Notes: generated from the letters alone by a model not told the origin. A DNA stretch of 46,075 nt, filler included, from Candidatus Woesearchaeota archaeon (GCA_964342845.1; 7 parts of 7 records of this genome joined end to end with filler, not necessarily neighbours in it), one strand, 5' to 3'; shown: positions 9,773 through 20,480, numbered from the whole stretch's first letter. Translations and numbers: made by a program.

Positions 9773-10510
9773 ATGAAGGAAGAAAAAGAACTCAAAGAGT
9801 CCTATGATTTGGCTGCAAAGAAATACTTATTTGAAAGAACAAAAGGTAAAGAGTCATCTGGTTTTTTTAATAGAGAGATAGAACAGCCCACAATGTTTAA
9901 GTTGGTCCCTTTGAATCTTGAAGATAAGAAAATACTTGATATTGGGTGTGGTCCTGGTATTCATTTGAGAGAATATATTGTAAGAGGGGCAGAAGGTTTT
10001 GGGATTGATGTTAGTAGTGAAATGATAAAGTTGCCTAAGGAACATTGTGTTGGTGTGTATTTTAATGCTGGGAGTGCATATAATTTAGAGTTTGAAGATG
10101 CTTTTTTTGATGTTGTAACTGCTTCTTTTGTTTTAGATCATGTTAAGGATTTGAGTAAGGCTGTTAAAGAAGTTAAAAGAGTTCTTAAGGAAAATGGTTT
10201 ATTTATTTTTTCTATACCTCATCCAATTATTAATATGTTTAGGGAATCGGAAAGAGGAAAGTTTGCACCTAGTCATAATTATTTTTGTAGGGATGCGAGG
10301 TATGTAAATATTGTTAAATCCTGTGAAAAGTTTTTAGATTTTCCGTTGCCTTTACAAGACTATTTTAAGGTGTTTCTTAGAGAAGGATTTGTTCTTGTTG
10401 ATTTTTTAGAAAGTGAACCTGATGAAAAATGGAAGGAGAAATTTGAAAACTTTAATACTGATCTTTTGAAGATACCTATAGTTGCTTTTTTTAAATGGAA
10501 GAAAGGATAA
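9773..10510 (+). CDS. Class I SAM-dependent methyltransferase
   Basis: ILDIGCGPG, GIDVS, FDVV and RVLKENG motifs. Confidence 0.88.
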   Translation: MKEEKELKESYDLAAKKYLFERTKGKESSGFFNREIEQPTMFKLVPLNLEDKKILDIGCGPGIHLREYIVRGAEGFGIDVSSEMIKLPKEHCVGVYFNAGSAYNLEFEDAFFDVVTASFVLDHVKDLSKAVKEVKRVLKENGLFIFSIPHPIINMFRESERGKFAPSHNYFCRDARYVNIVKSCEKFLDFPLPLQDYFKVFLREGFVLVDFLESEPDEKWKEKFENFNTDLLKIPIVAFFKWKKG

Positions 10511-10540
10511 TTTTAAATATTTGCTTGTTTTCTGATCTTT

Positions 10541-11032
10541 ATGAAGCCTAGAATAATTATTGTAGATGAAAAGGATAATGTAATTGGTTTTAAAAAAATG
10601 GAAACTTTGAAGAGAGAAGATATTTATCGTGTTTCTGCATTATGGATTGTTAATGGTAAAGGAGAAATTTTGTTAGCTAGAAGGGCTTTTAATAAGTCGC
10701 ACCATCCTGGGAAATGGGGGCCTGCTGTTGCTGGGACTGTTGAGGAGGATGAGACTTATGATTCTAATATAGTTAAAGAAGCAGAAGAAGAGCTTGGATT
10801 AAAAAATATTAAATTTAATAGAGGATCTAAATTAAGAACTTCTGGAAAATATAATCATTTTACACAGTGGTATTATTTTAAGACAAATAAAGAATTGGAC
10901 GAATTTATAGTTCAAGAAGATGAAGTTGCAGAAATTAAGTGGTTTAATAAAAAAGAATTGTTCCAAGATTTGGAAAAGAACTCTGGTGATTTTTTGTATG
11001 GGATGAAAAGATGGGTTGAAATGTTTTCTTAA
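10541..11032 (+). CDS. NUDIX hydrolase (IDI-like subfamily)
   Basis: AGTVEEDETYDSNIVKEAEEELGL Nudix box and a QEDEV motif. Confidence 0.88.
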   Translation: MKPRIIIVDEKDNVIGFKKMETLKREDIYRVSALWIVNGKGEILLARRAFNKSHHPGKWGPAVAGTVEEDETYDSNIVKEAEEELGLKNIKFNRGSKLRTSGKYNHFTQWYYFKTNKELDEFIVQEDEVAEIKWFNKKELFQDLEKNSGDFLYGMKRWVEMFS

Positions 11033-11784
11033 CTTAATTTATTTTCGAACCAATCTCCTAGAATTTTTAGGCTTTTTCTATAATCTCCATTTATTCCTAA
11101 GGAATGGTCTGCGTTTTTTATTAATATTAATCTTCCCTTTGGAAATTCTTTTATTAATTTTTCACTAGTTTTGTAGTTTACATTTTTGTCATCTGTTCCA
11201 TGAATTATTAAGACAGGTATCTGGATCTTTTTAGCCTTTTCGTACATGTTATATTTTTTGGAATCTTCAATACGTTTGTAAGTAATTTTTAGTTTTTTGC
11301 CGTTTGATTTGGTATAATTATAGAAACCTTGTTTCTTGAATTCCTTTATTTCGTCTTTGCTATATCTATCTAAGACGCGTTTGTAATAATCTGCTACGGG
11401 TGCACGTAATAATATTTTCTTAATTTCCTTACGCTTTAGTGCTGTTGCCATAGCTACAATTCCTCCGAAGCTTGTACCAATCAAATTAATTGTTTTGTAT
11501 CTCTGTTTCTTTAGATAATTTATTGTTGTTTCCACCGTTTTAACATAACTGCTGATTGTCGAATTTTCATGTCTTGGTTCGGATTCTCCTTGATCATCTA
11601 GGTCAATCCTAATAGAATTAATATTTCTTTTTATCAATTCTTCTGCTATGTGTTTTGGCCCGCTTTCTTTATTGGCACCTGCGCCGTGAATAATAATTAT
11701 AATTTCGTTTTTTATTTGATTTGGTTCTTCTATAATCCCCCAGATCTTTTGATTTTCAAAGTTATTAAAGTATATTTTTTCCAT
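11029..11784 (-). CDS. Alpha/beta hydrolase (S9/OsmC-esterase-like)
   Basis: IHG, GTSFGG nucleophile elbow, HGTDD and ADH catalytic residues. Confidence 0.88.
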   Translation of the reverse strand: MEKIYFNNFENQKIWGIIEEPNQIKNEIIIIIHGAGANKESGPKHIAEELIKRNINSIRIDLDDQGESEPRHENSTISSYVKTVETTINYLKKQRYKTINLIGTSFGGIVAMATALKRKEIKKILLRAPVADYYKRVLDRYSKDEIKEFKKQGFYNYTKSNGKKLKITYKRIEDSKKYNMYEKAKKIQIPVLIIHGTDDKNVNYKTSEKLIKEFPKGRLILIKNADHSLGINGDYRKSLKILGDWFENKLS

Positions 11785-11815
11785 AGAAATTAGTTAATTC
11801 TCTTAATATATAAAT

Positions 11816-12409
11816 TTATCTAGATGAATCTGCCTGTCTTTCTAATTCTAATTTTTTAGATATAGCTACAGAAGCTTGATCTATTTTATATGCTAATAGA
11901 ATTTCATCTGCTAATGCTTGTTCTATTTTTTTCTTTTTACCGAATGTTTTTTGGTAAGATCCTTGACAAAATAATCTTAAAACTAAGTCTATTCTTTTTA
12001 ATGGTGCTAATTCTAATGCTTTTGGATAACGAGCTCCACCGTATTCTATTGTAGTAACTGCTTCTCTTGGAGCAGCATTTTCAATTGCTGTAACTAAAAC
12101 TTGTATTGGATTTGTTTTAGTTTTTTGTTCTATTATTTCTAAAGTTTTTTTAACAATATTATAATGTGTTAAACCCTTTCCTGTGCATGAGCCAGAAGAT
12201 AGTCTATGTTTTTTTCCTTTGTGTCCTGCGACTTGTAATTTACACATTAATCTTTCAACAATATGTGTTTTTGAAATCCAGAATCTATTGTAAGCATATC
12301 TTCCGCAACTTTTAGGAACTAATACATTTGGAAGTTTTATATAAGGTTCTAATGCTTTTTCTTTTATTTGTATGTTTTCTGTATCCCATTTATCGAATAA
12401 TTTCATCAT
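11816..12409 (-). CDS. rps7: 30S ribosomal protein S7
   Basis: [22 protein letters not shown] and LERQADSSR motifs. Confidence 0.96.
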   Translation of the reverse strand: MMKLFDKWDTENIQIKEKALEPYIKLPNVLVPKSCGRYAYNRFWISKTHIVERLMCKLQVAGHKGKKHRLSSGSCTGKGLTHYNIVKKTLEIIEQKTKTNPIQVLVTAIENAAPREAVTTIEYGGARYPKALELAPLKRIDLVLRLFCQGSYQKTFGKKKKIEQALADEILLAYKIDQASVAISKKLELERQADSSR

Positions 12410-12843
12410 CTTCTACCTTTTTCTATTTTTCCTGTAACTAATGCTTTTAATGATTGATCATTTACTTTTATTACTTGCCATCTAACACCAGGAATATCTC
12501 CTTTTGATCTTCCTTTTGCTCCGCCAATGGATTCTATTAAGACTTCATCGTGTTCGTCTATAAGTTTAATTGCATTATATCCCGGGACAAATGCTGTGAC
12601 TTTTTTCCCATTTTTAATTAATTGTGTTACAACACATTTCCTCATTGCTGAGTTTGGTTGTTTTGCTTCTAATTGTTTTTTTTCTATTACAATTCCTTTA
12701 GCTTGAGGAACTCCTTTTAATGGATCTGATTTTGCTTTAAGATTTAGAACTCTTTTTTTATAAGTAATCTTTTTCCATCTACTTACTGTTCTTCTTTTTT
12801 TGAGCTTTTTAGCTGAGTTTAATCCCTTACTTTTATTAGCCAT
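12406..12843 (-). CDS. rps12: 30S ribosomal protein S12 (uS12)
   Basis: [10 protein letters not shown] and GDIPGVRW motifs. Confidence 0.97.
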   Translation of the reverse strand: MANKSKGLNSAKKLKKRRTVSRWKKITYKKRVLNLKAKSDPLKGVPQAKGIVIEKKQLEAKQPNSAMRKCVVTQLIKNGKKVTAFVPGYNAIKLIDEHDEVLIESIGGAKGRSKGDIPGVRWQVIKVNDQSLKALVTGKIEKGRR

Positions 12844-12905
12844 TTTATAGGAATTATGATTTTTGGGATGTTTATAAAGTTTACTATGTTGGTCTTTTTT
12901 TTGTA

Positions 12906-13025
12906 TTAATGATTAATACAGATTCCTTTACTAAGGCAATCTTCGCAGACAAAGTTACCGCAGATTTTACAGCTATATTTTGCTAACTTTTTTTTACAAA
13001 TTTGGCATGGTTTTGAGATTTCCAT
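12906..13025 (-). CDS. Small two-zinc finger protein (39 aa), below the ORF-track cut-off
   Basis: [39 protein letters not shown]: three CxxC plus CxxH; own TATA box upstream. Confidence 0.75.
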   Translation of the reverse strand: MEISKPCQICKKKLAKYSCKICGNFVCEDCLSKGICINH

Positions 13026-13059
13026 GTAAATTTATTGTTTTTAAAGTTTAAAAGGTTTT

Positions 13060-13635
13060 TTATAAGAATAACAAGGATATTGCAACTATTAAAGTTATAA
13101 AATATACTCTTTTATCCCAATTTAGGATTTTTTTACCATCTAGGTTTAGAATTGGTATTAGATTGAAAACTGCTAGCCAGGAATTTATTAATACACCATA
13201 TGTTGATATTAGTATTCCATATGTTGGGAAGATTTGTAATGGAATGATTAAGAAGATTATTGCTAAGATTATATTTGATAAAGGACCTGCTAGACTAATT
13301 ATTCCGTTTTTTCTCTTAGTTATGTTGTATGCTTTTATTATTACTGCTCCAGGAGCTGCTAATATGAAGCCAAAAAAGCTCATTGCTATTGCTAATAATA
13401 ACATTGTGTTATTTGCTCTAAATTCTGCTGAATAGTGGAAGTGTTGTGCTGTAATTTTATGTGATAGTTCGTGGATTAAGAATCCTAACCCTACTGTTAA
13501 TGTTGCTATTAAGAATGTTGTGCTGAAACTTGTTGAGAAAATACCTTTAGATAATAATATAGCAAAGGCTACAGAAATTGCTATCCATGCTTTAAGTATA
13601 TCTCTTATTTCTGTTTTGGAAGTTTTAAGTTTCAT
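13060..13635 (-). CDS. Site-2 protease (peptidase M50) family membrane metalloprotease
   Basis: HELSH, AGPLSN and FNLIP..LDG motifs. Confidence 0.9.
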   Translation of the reverse strand: MKLKTSKTEIRDILKAWIAISVAFAILLSKGIFSTSFSTTFLIATLTVGLGFLIHELSHKITAQHFHYSAEFRANNTMLLLAIAMSFFGFILAAPGAVIIKAYNITKRKNGIISLAGPLSNIILAIIFLIIPLQIFPTYGILISTYGVLINSWLAVFNLIPILNLDGKKILNWDKRVYFITLIVAISLLFL

Positions 13636-13659
13636 TTAGATTTTAAGAATTTAAGGTGT

Positions 13660-13827
13660 TTATTTAGTTTTTGATTTTTCAGACTCTTCTTTTTGAGACA
13701 GAGCATAAACTTCATAGAAAGTATTATCTTGTTCTGTGGTGTCTCCTCTTGGTCTTTCTCTTGGAGTTATACCTAAGTAATTCTCTACACATTTTCTAGA
13801 TAGTAAGTAATTTATTTTATCAAACAT
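13660..13827 (-). CDS. Hypothetical 55-aa protein
   Basis: MFDKINYLLSRKCVENYLGITPRERPRGDTTEQDNTFYEVYALSQKEESEKSKTK; AAAGCTTTATAAA promoter about 20 nt upstream; fills the intergenic gap. Confidence 0.5.
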   Translation of the reverse strand: MFDKINYLLSRKCVENYLGITPRERPRGDTTEQDNTFYEVYALSQKEESEKSKTK

Positions 13828-13897
13828 ATGTTTTTGAAAAATTAAGGGTTTATAAAGCTTTCTATTTTGTGACTACTTTAGAGAAAAGAAAAAGGTT

Positions 13898-14419
13898 TTA
13901 TTTTCTTTTTGCTGTATTTAACATTTCTTTTTTTCTTAGTAAAGCTAAAGCTGCTTTTTTACCAAAGATGTTAACGTGAACTGTTTTATCTGGGTTTGCT
14001 AGATTTACCTTTGGTTTTTGTATGTGGTCTGTTAGTTTTAATATTAATGATGTTGAAGAAGATCTATGTTTTCTCTTTTTCAAATCTAATTTCCAGGAGT
14101 CTCTGTTTGCTATTTTTTTGTCAAAGCTTCTCATTTGTTTTGACATGTCTATTACTGTTGATTTTGACCATTTATCTATTGGAATGTATTTGAATGTTGC
14201 TGCAAAGAGTTGTGGTTTTTTTGAATGTTTATTATTTAGCCTTCTTACTACGGATTTTGGTTCTTTTACTCTTAGTTTAAATACTCCTTTGTGTTTTTCA
14301 TCTATGATTTTGTGTTTTTCTTTTATTTCTTTGAAAATGTTTTCAACTTCTTGTCTAGCTTTTTCTCTTTTAGAAGGTTCATAAGAAATCAGTAGATTTG
14401 GATTCATTTTTAGGATCAC
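13898..14419 (-). CDS. Stand-alone THUMP-domain RNA-binding protein
   Basis: C-terminal KPKVNLANPDKTVHVNIFG THUMP signature; GAGGTGA-type SD near the start. Confidence 0.8.
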   Translation of the reverse strand: MILKMNPNLLISYEPSKREKARQEVENIFKEIKEKHKIIDEKHKGVFKLRVKEPKSVVRRLNNKHSKKPQLFAATFKYIPIDKWSKSTVIDMSKQMRSFDKKIANRDSWKLDLKKRKHRSSSTSLILKLTDHIQKPKVNLANPDKTVHVNIFGKKAALALLRKKEMLNTAKRK

Positions 14420-14514
14420 CTCTTATGTTTTTAAGATGTTATAGTATATAAAGATTATTGTTTTTTTGGGGTTAAAAGAAAAAAAATATGTGAAAAAATT
14501 GAAATTATGATATA

Positions 14515-14676
14515 TTATGATCGTGATAATTCTAGTGAGGATATTTCTTGCTCTTGATTTTCTTGTGTCTGGATACTTGTCGTCAAGCTCGGATAGTATT
14601 CACGCCTTGTCTGGCTCATAATCATTAGAATTCCTAATATGAAAAATACAAGTCCAAAGCATTTTATTTTTCGCAT
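14515..14676 (-). CDS. Hypothetical 53-aa protein with N-terminal transmembrane/signal segment
   Basis: MRKIKCFGLVFFILGILMIMSQTRREYYPSLTTSIQTQENQEQEISSLELSRS, preceded by AGGAGG SD and a TATA box. Confidence 0.6.
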   Translation of the reverse strand: MRKIKCFGLVFFILGILMIMSQTRREYYPSLTTSIQTQENQEQEISSLELSRS

Positions 14677-14798
14677 GTCTTTTCCTCCTTTTTTTGTTTT
14701 TCCGCCTCTTTTTCGATACTTATTTCTTGATTCTTTGGTATTTAAAGCTTGTGTTGTAATTTTAGAATGGTTTAGAAATTAGTAAAGTTTATAAAGAG

Positions 14799-15035
14799 AT
14801 GAGCAGTAAAAATAACAAGAAAATGAGCAATTTGGAATTTTATTTAAGTAAAGAAAGGAAAATGAGAGAATTAGCAGAAACTATGACTGAGGAACATATG
14901 AGGGGTATGTATATTGATATTGCTGATGATTATAAAGAAATAGTTGCTCTTTGTAAAAGTACAGATGAAAAAGAGAGAAGATTGTTAAGTGTTCTTGGTG
15001 AGTTTAGAAATTCCTTGAATGAACATTTGGCTTAA
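14799..15035 (+). CDS. Hypothetical protein
   Basis: 78-aa helical ORF with an upstream TTTATAAA box; no family recognised. Confidence 0.55.
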   Translation: MSSKNNKKMSNLEFYLSKERKMRELAETMTEEHMRGMYIDIADDYKEIVALCKSTDEKERRLLSVLGEFRNSLNEHLA

Positions 15036-15133
15036 ATTAGGGGATTGATTATTTAATTCTTGATTTATATGATAAATAAGATGAGTTAAAAAAAGAAAGT
15101 TTTAAAAAGAGTTATCTTTAACCAAATTCTGAA

Positions 15134-16256
15134 ATGGCAGATAAATTAACAGAACAAATTAAGGTTTTAATGAAACAATCTGATAAGATAAGAAATATTG
15201 GTGTTTGTGCTCATATTGATCATGGAAAGACTACATTCTCAGATAATTTGTTAGCAGGAGCTGGTATGTTGTCAGAAGAGTTAGCTGGTAAGCAATGTGC
15301 TTTAGATTTTCATGAAGATGAGACTGAAAGAGGAATTACAATTGATTCTGCTGCTGTTTCTATGGTTCATAAAGTTAAAGATGATGATTTTTTGATTAAT
15401 TTAATTGATACTCCTGGTCATGTTGATTTTGGAGGGGATGTTACTAGGGCTATGAGAGCTGTTGATGGTGCTATAGTTGTTTGTTGTGCTGTTGAAGGTA
15501 TTATGCCTCAGACTGAAACTGTTTTAAAGCAAGCTTTAAGAGAAAAGGTTAAGCCTGTTTTGTTTATTAATAAAGTTGATAGGTTAATTAAAGAGGTTAA
15601 GTTAACTCCAGAAGCTATGCAACAAAAGTTTGTTGAGATTATTACTTCTGTTAATAGATTTATTGAAGCAATGGCTCCTGAAGAGTTTAAAGAGAGCTGG
15701 AAAGTTAATGTTCAGGATGGTTCTGTTGCTTTTGGTTCTGCTTTTCATAATTGGGCTTTGAGTTTTCCTTATATGCAAGAAAAAGGGATTAGTTTTAAAG
15801 ATGTAATTGATGCTTATGAAGGAGAGCAACTTGATGAAATGGTTAAGAAAGCTCCCTTGCACGATGTTGTTTTAGATATGGTTGTTAAACATCATCCAAA
15901 TCCTAAAGATTCTCAGCCTTATAGGGTTCCTAAAATATGGCATGGTGATTTAGAAAGTGGAGTTGGTAAAAGTTTAATGGAATGTAACCCTGCTGGTGCT
16001 TTGGCTGGTGTTGTTACAAAGATTGTTGTTGATAAACATGCTGGTGAAGTTGCAACAATGAGATTATTTTCTGGAACAATTAAACAAGGACAAGAGGTTT
16101 ATTTAATTGGAGCTAAAAAGAAAGTTAGATTGCAACAAGTTTCTGTTTATAAGGGCGCACAAAGAGCTGCTTTTGATGAAATTAGTTGTGGAAATATTGT
16201 AGGTATTGTAGGTTTGAAAGATACTTTTGCAGGTGAAACAATTTCCACAGATGAAA
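15134..16256 (+). CDS. fusA: Elongation factor 2, N-terminal half
   Basis: [24 protein letters not shown] and NKVD GTPase motifs; truncated at the contig end. Confidence 0.96.
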
Positions 16257-16356
16257 NNNNNNNNNNNNNNNNNNNNNNNNNNNNNNNNNNNNNNNNNNNN
16301 TTAATTAATTAANNNNNNNNNNNNNNNNNNNNNNNNNNNNNNNNNNNNNNNNNNNN
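16257..16356. other. Artificial contig linker
   Basis: N44-TTAATTAATTAA-N44. Confidence 0.98.
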
Positions 16357-17858
16357 ACTTTTGTTCTTGGGTTTATGGATTTTACGTAGTCTATTAGGAA
16401 TTTATTATTGTCTTCTGAAGGTACGGTAGAAATTACTAGTTTTATGCTTTTTAAATTTGCTTTGTCTAATATTTCTTTGTTGGTCATATCTCCATACATG
16501 CAAGATATTTTTTGTTTAATTAGAGAATTTATAGTTTCTGGATTTTGGTCTAATATTAAAACATTTTTTTTGCTTCTTAATTTTTTGTAGAAAATAGATC
16601 CCATTCTATGACAACCGATTAATAATATTGTTTTTCTTGGGCCTCTTTCTATGTATTCTAGTTTTTGTTTTTTTAGAGATATTTTGTCTAAGAAAGATAA
16701 ATATCTAGAAATTACTAAATATATTCTTTCTTCGAATTTAATAGTATATGATGTTAATGTCATTGTAATTATTGTTATGAAAATAATCATTGAGAATATA
16801 CTAGGGGAAAGATTTAGAGAAATAAAAGGTAGTGAGATGATTATTAAAGAGAATTCACTCATTTGTGCTAAACTGGAACCAACTAAGAATGATGTTCTTT
16901 TTCCAAAACCGAATAAGGCTGTAATTAATGTTATTATTATTGGTTTAATAATTAAAGTTATAGCTAGAAGTATTAGAGTTAACCAAATTAAAGTAGAATC
17001 AATGATAATTAACTGCATACCTAAGAAGACAAAGAAGATTGTTGTGAAGAAGTTTTTTAACGGTTTTACATTACCAATGATATCTATTTTGTAAGGAAGG
17101 TTAGCTAGAGTAAGTCCTGCTAAGAATGCTCCTATTGCTAGTGATATGTCTAGGAGTGTTGCCATTATGGCAAAGAGGAATAATACTGTTATTGAAGTTA
17201 GGAATAATAGTTCTGAAGATTTTGCTGCAAATCTGAATAGTTTTGGTAAGAAAAACTTACTTGAAAGGAATGCTATCCATATTAATATTAAGCCTTTTAG
17301 TAAAGAATAGCTTATTGTTATTACTGAGAAACTTTCTAAGTTGCTTAATAATGAAATTATTATTATTACTAATACATCTTGGATTAGAAGCCATCCTAAA
17401 GATATTCTGCCGTGTAGTGTGTCTATTTCTTCTGTTTCTGAGAGGAGCTGAATTACAATCATTGTTGAACTGAAAGAAAGTGCAAAACCAATTATCATTG
17501 ATTCAAAATTTGAGAAACCTAATTTTAATGATATAGTGTATGTTATTAAGTAAACTAAGGCTACTTGTATTGTTGCTCCTATTGATGATGTTAGGCCTGC
17601 TGATTTTAATTTTTTTAGGTTTATTTCCATTCCTACTAGAAATAGTAAGAATGCTATGCCTAATTCTGAGATTGCTCTTATTGTTTCGATATCTTTTATT
17701 AACCCTAGGACTAATGGGCCTAAGATAATTCCTGTTATAATATAAGAAGGGATTAAAGGCTGTTTTAGAATCTTAAGTGCTAAAGCTAATAGAGTTGCAA
17801 TTATTATAATTATACCAATTTCTATTAAAAAGCTTGTTTGTGTTTCTAAACCTATCAT
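16357..17858 (-). CDS. CPA2 (Kef-type) cation:proton antiporter with TrkA-N domain, 3' truncated
   Basis: Many TM helices with FSSTMIV, LLIQD and QMSEF motifs, followed by the LIGCHRMG...YGD RCK domain. Confidence 0.9.
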
Positions 17859-17902
17859 CCTCTTTTATATTAAAAATAAAAAAAGAATTATATAAAGGTT
17901 TC

Positions 17903-18193
17903 TTATTTCTTAACTAGTGTTATTTCTATAGTAGATACTCTTACTTGTTTTCCTTCTTTGTTTTCAAACTCTTCTGAGTCAACTTTTATGTCTTTGATTT
18001 CTACTGTGTTCTCTAAAAATCTTTTTGCTGATACTTCTGCTATGTCAACTCCTCTGCTAATGAATTTTCCTCTTGCTTTGATTACAACTTCTTTTGCGTT
18101 TTGTGTTGTAAACTGCATTACTACGCCGGTAACGTAATTCATAAAAGGTTTGTTACCGATGAATACAACATGGTCGTCTTTTTTGTCTGCCAT
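17903..18193 (-). CDS. albA: DNA/RNA-binding protein Alba
   Basis: IGNKPFMNYV, KARGKFISRGVD and VSTIEI motifs; GGAGG SD. Confidence 0.96.
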   Translation of the reverse strand: MADKKDDHVVFIGNKPFMNYVTGVVMQFTTQNAKEVVIKARGKFISRGVDIAEVSAKRFLENTVEIKDIKVDSEEFENKEGKQVRVSTIEITLVKK

Positions 18194-18281
18194 TTTTAGT
18201 TTCCTCCGTCTTTTGGTAAAATTTTTGTGTTTATCTTATCTTAAAGGATGTTTAGTTGATTTATAATGTTTGCGGTTAGAA

Positions 18282-18482
18282 TTAGCTTTGATATTTTTTC
18301 TCTTTTTTAACTAATCTTACTAGGTAACCAGCTAAAATGTTTCTATATTTTTTAGAAGGTGTGCTTATGAATTTTACTAGGATTTCTTTGTTTTTTGCGA
18401 AATTTTCTGTAAATTCTTCTTTATGATTTTTAAATAACTTTAATCCTACTCTTTTAAGTAATGTTGTTTTTATTCTTCCCAT
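18282..18482 (-). CDS. rps17e: 30S ribosomal protein S17e
   Basis: MGRIKT, F..NK and SKKYRNILAGY motifs. Confidence 0.95.
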   Translation of the reverse strand: MGRIKTTLLKRVGLKLFKNHKEEFTENFAKNKEILVKFISTPSKKYRNILAGYLVRLVKKEKKYQS

Positions 18483-18575
18483 AGTTTTTTGTGTTTTTTA
18501 GGAGTTTTTAAAGGTTTTGGATTGGTGGAAAAAGTAGGAAGTTATATAAATAAGTATAATCTTACTATTCTTACT

Positions 18576-18845
18576 ATGATAGAAACAATAAAGGTGTCTT
18601 CAAGAGGACAAGTAGTTATTCCTGAGAGTATGAGGGATGATTTGAATATCAAAGAAGGGACAAAGTTAGTTGTTATAGAGAAAGGTAAAAAATTAATTTT
18701 AGAATTAGAAAAAGATTTCCTTAAGAAATTAGAAAAAATGGAATTAGAAAAAGAAAAATTGGGGTGGCTTGCTTTAGCAGAAAAAAGTTTAATTAAAACA
18801 TGGGATAACTCAAAAGATGAGAAAGCTTGGGGGAGGTATTTATGA
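18576..18845 (+). CDS. AbrB/MazE-family antitoxin
   Basis: SSRGQVVIPESMRDDL motif with C-terminal W.NSKDEKAW; start reassigned to ATG 18576, downstream of the TATA box. Confidence 0.88.
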   Translation: MIETIKVSSRGQVVIPESMRDDLNIKEGTKLVVIEKGKKLILELEKDFLKKLEKMELEKEKLGWLALAEKSLIKTWDNSKDEKAWGRYL

Positions 18846-19180
18846 AGGTACAACAAAGAGATATTTTTTTAGTACCTTTTCCTTTTTCAGATTTTAGTGG
18901 AAAAAAAATTAGACCTGTTCTTGTGATTTCTAAAGATAAGTTTAATGAATCTTCTGAGGATGTTATTGTATGTAGTTTAACGTCGAATATTGTTAAAGAA
19001 TTTTATTCTGTTTATGTTGAAAATAAAGATTTAGAAGAAGGAAAGTTATTTGATCCTTGTTGTGTTAAAGTTGAAAATATTTTAAAAATGGATAAGAAAC
19101 TTTTGATAAAAAATATTGGGAAGTTGAAAGAAGGAAGTTTTTCTGGAGTTTTAAGGAAGTTGAATAGTTTATTTGTTTGA
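18842..19180 (+). CDS. MazF/PemK-family endoribonuclease toxin
   Basis: VPFPFSD..GKKIRPVLVIS and LTSN motifs; ATGA overlap with the antitoxin. Confidence 0.9.
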   Translation: MKVQQRDIFLVPFPFSDFSGKKIRPVLVISKDKFNESSEDVIVCSLTSNIVKEFYSVYVENKDLEEGKLFDPCCVKVENILKMDKKLLIKNIGKLKEGSFSGVLRKLNSLFV

Positions 19181-20452
19181 TTGTTTTTTATTAACTTTAA
19201 ATCTAGATTTTCTTACTGCATAGTTTACTGGATTTTTAACTTTTGAGCATAATTGGTCTGGTTTGCAGACTAGTAAAGATGTGTAGTAGTTGTTATTAGA
19301 GCAGTTAGGGGGTAGAATCTTTTGTTGGTTTCTAGTATGCCAGTTTAATTGCGCTTGTATATATCCTTCTTTTAAAGGTTCGTAATTGTCTTTATTCCAT
19401 TTTTGGATTATTTCTTGTATTTTTTCTTTTTTGTGTCCTGTTGATTTTAAAAAGTTTAATAAGATGAATAAAGCCCTTTTTCTTCCGTCTGATGCTATTC
19501 CTTGTAGAATAAGTTTTATACATGGTGGGAAGAATTTTTCATGTATTTCATCTTTTATTTCTTCATATGTGTATTCTTTTTTTGTCTCTTCTTTTGGTTT
19601 GTTTTTTTGATGCCAGTCAAATGCTTGGATGAAGAGTTCTTTTGCTTGGTTTGGCGTTGGTTCTATGTTTAGATATGGTTTGTATTCTTTTATATTTTCT
19701 GGGTTTGCTTGTTCTTTTTTGAAGTTTAAGATGTTGCTTGGGTTTATTGGTATGGATGCTAGATTAGATTTTTCGTGTAAGGAGTATGGTGCTCTGAACA
19801 TGTGTCTGTTTGATATAAGAATGGTGTCTATGTCAACTACTGAAAAAGGGTTGAATTTTCCGTCTTTTATTATTTCACTTTCTGTTTTTTTTGAAGTTTT
19901 TTGTATTTCTTCTATTGTGTATTTTTCTAAGAGTCTTGCTGTTAATGGTTCTTTGATTAGGTTTGATAAGTAGGAAGCTATAATTTTTGGTCCTTCTGGG
20001 AAAAGTAATGGTGTTGGTCTGTTATTTACTTCTTTTGGAAATGATGTGAAAGGAATGGCTATATGGAAACCTTTATTTCCTGAGAATTTTGTTGGTATGT
20101 TTGTTATGTTATGGAATCTTAAGGCTTCTATTAGTAAGTTAGATGCTATTTGTGAGTATTCAAAAGGACCGTCAATGTCTAGTATTAGATCCCATGATTT
20201 TCTTAGTTGGTCTAACTTTGTTTTTGGCATTCCTGGTTCTAGTTTTAATGGGTCGTGCCAATTTTCTTCTGAGATATGAAATGATGTTGCTCCTTGTTTT
20301 GCTAGTTCTAGAATGTCATTCTCAAATTGTAGAATATCTGGTCTTTTGCCGAATCCTTTGTTTGAGAGTTGGTAAGAAATTTCTTTATCTTTAGAATTTT
20401 CATAAATTTGTTTTTGTACTTGTTTATTTGAGTAATATTGGAGAGGAGTCAT
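19169..20452 (-). CDS. priSL: Fused PriS-PriL DNA primase (DPANN type)
   Basis: PriS motifs DLILDID, SGNKGFH and RAPYSLH, followed by PriL Fe-S motifs FPPCI, PPNC, CKPDQLC and KNPVNY in one 427-aa ORF. Confidence 0.92.
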   Translation of the reverse strand: MTPLQYYSNKQVQKQIYENSKDKEISYQLSNKGFGKRPDILQFENDILELAKQGATSFHISEENWHDPLKLEPGMPKTKLDQLRKSWDLILDIDGPFEYSQIASNLLIEALRFHNITNIPTKFSGNKGFHIAIPFTSFPKEVNNRPTPLLFPEGPKIIASYLSNLIKEPLTARLLEKYTIEEIQKTSKKTESEIIKDGKFNPFSVVDIDTILISNRHMFRAPYSLHEKSNLASIPINPSNILNFKKEQANPENIKEYKPYLNIEPTPNQAKELFIQAFDWHQKNKPKEETKKEYTYEEIKDEIHEKFFPPCIKLILQGIASDGRKRALFILLNFLKSTGHKKEKIQEIIQKWNKDNYEPLKEGYIQAQLNWHTRNQQKILPPNCSNNNYYTSLLVCKPDQLCSKVKNPVNYAVRKSRFKVNKKQSNK

Positions 20453-20480
20453 AGAAATGGGAGTATTTGTTTGTTTATAT

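Noticed and set aside
19169..20452. PriS-PriL fusion as a novelty
   Set aside because: Already an established DPANN character; used here only as a taxonomic marker.
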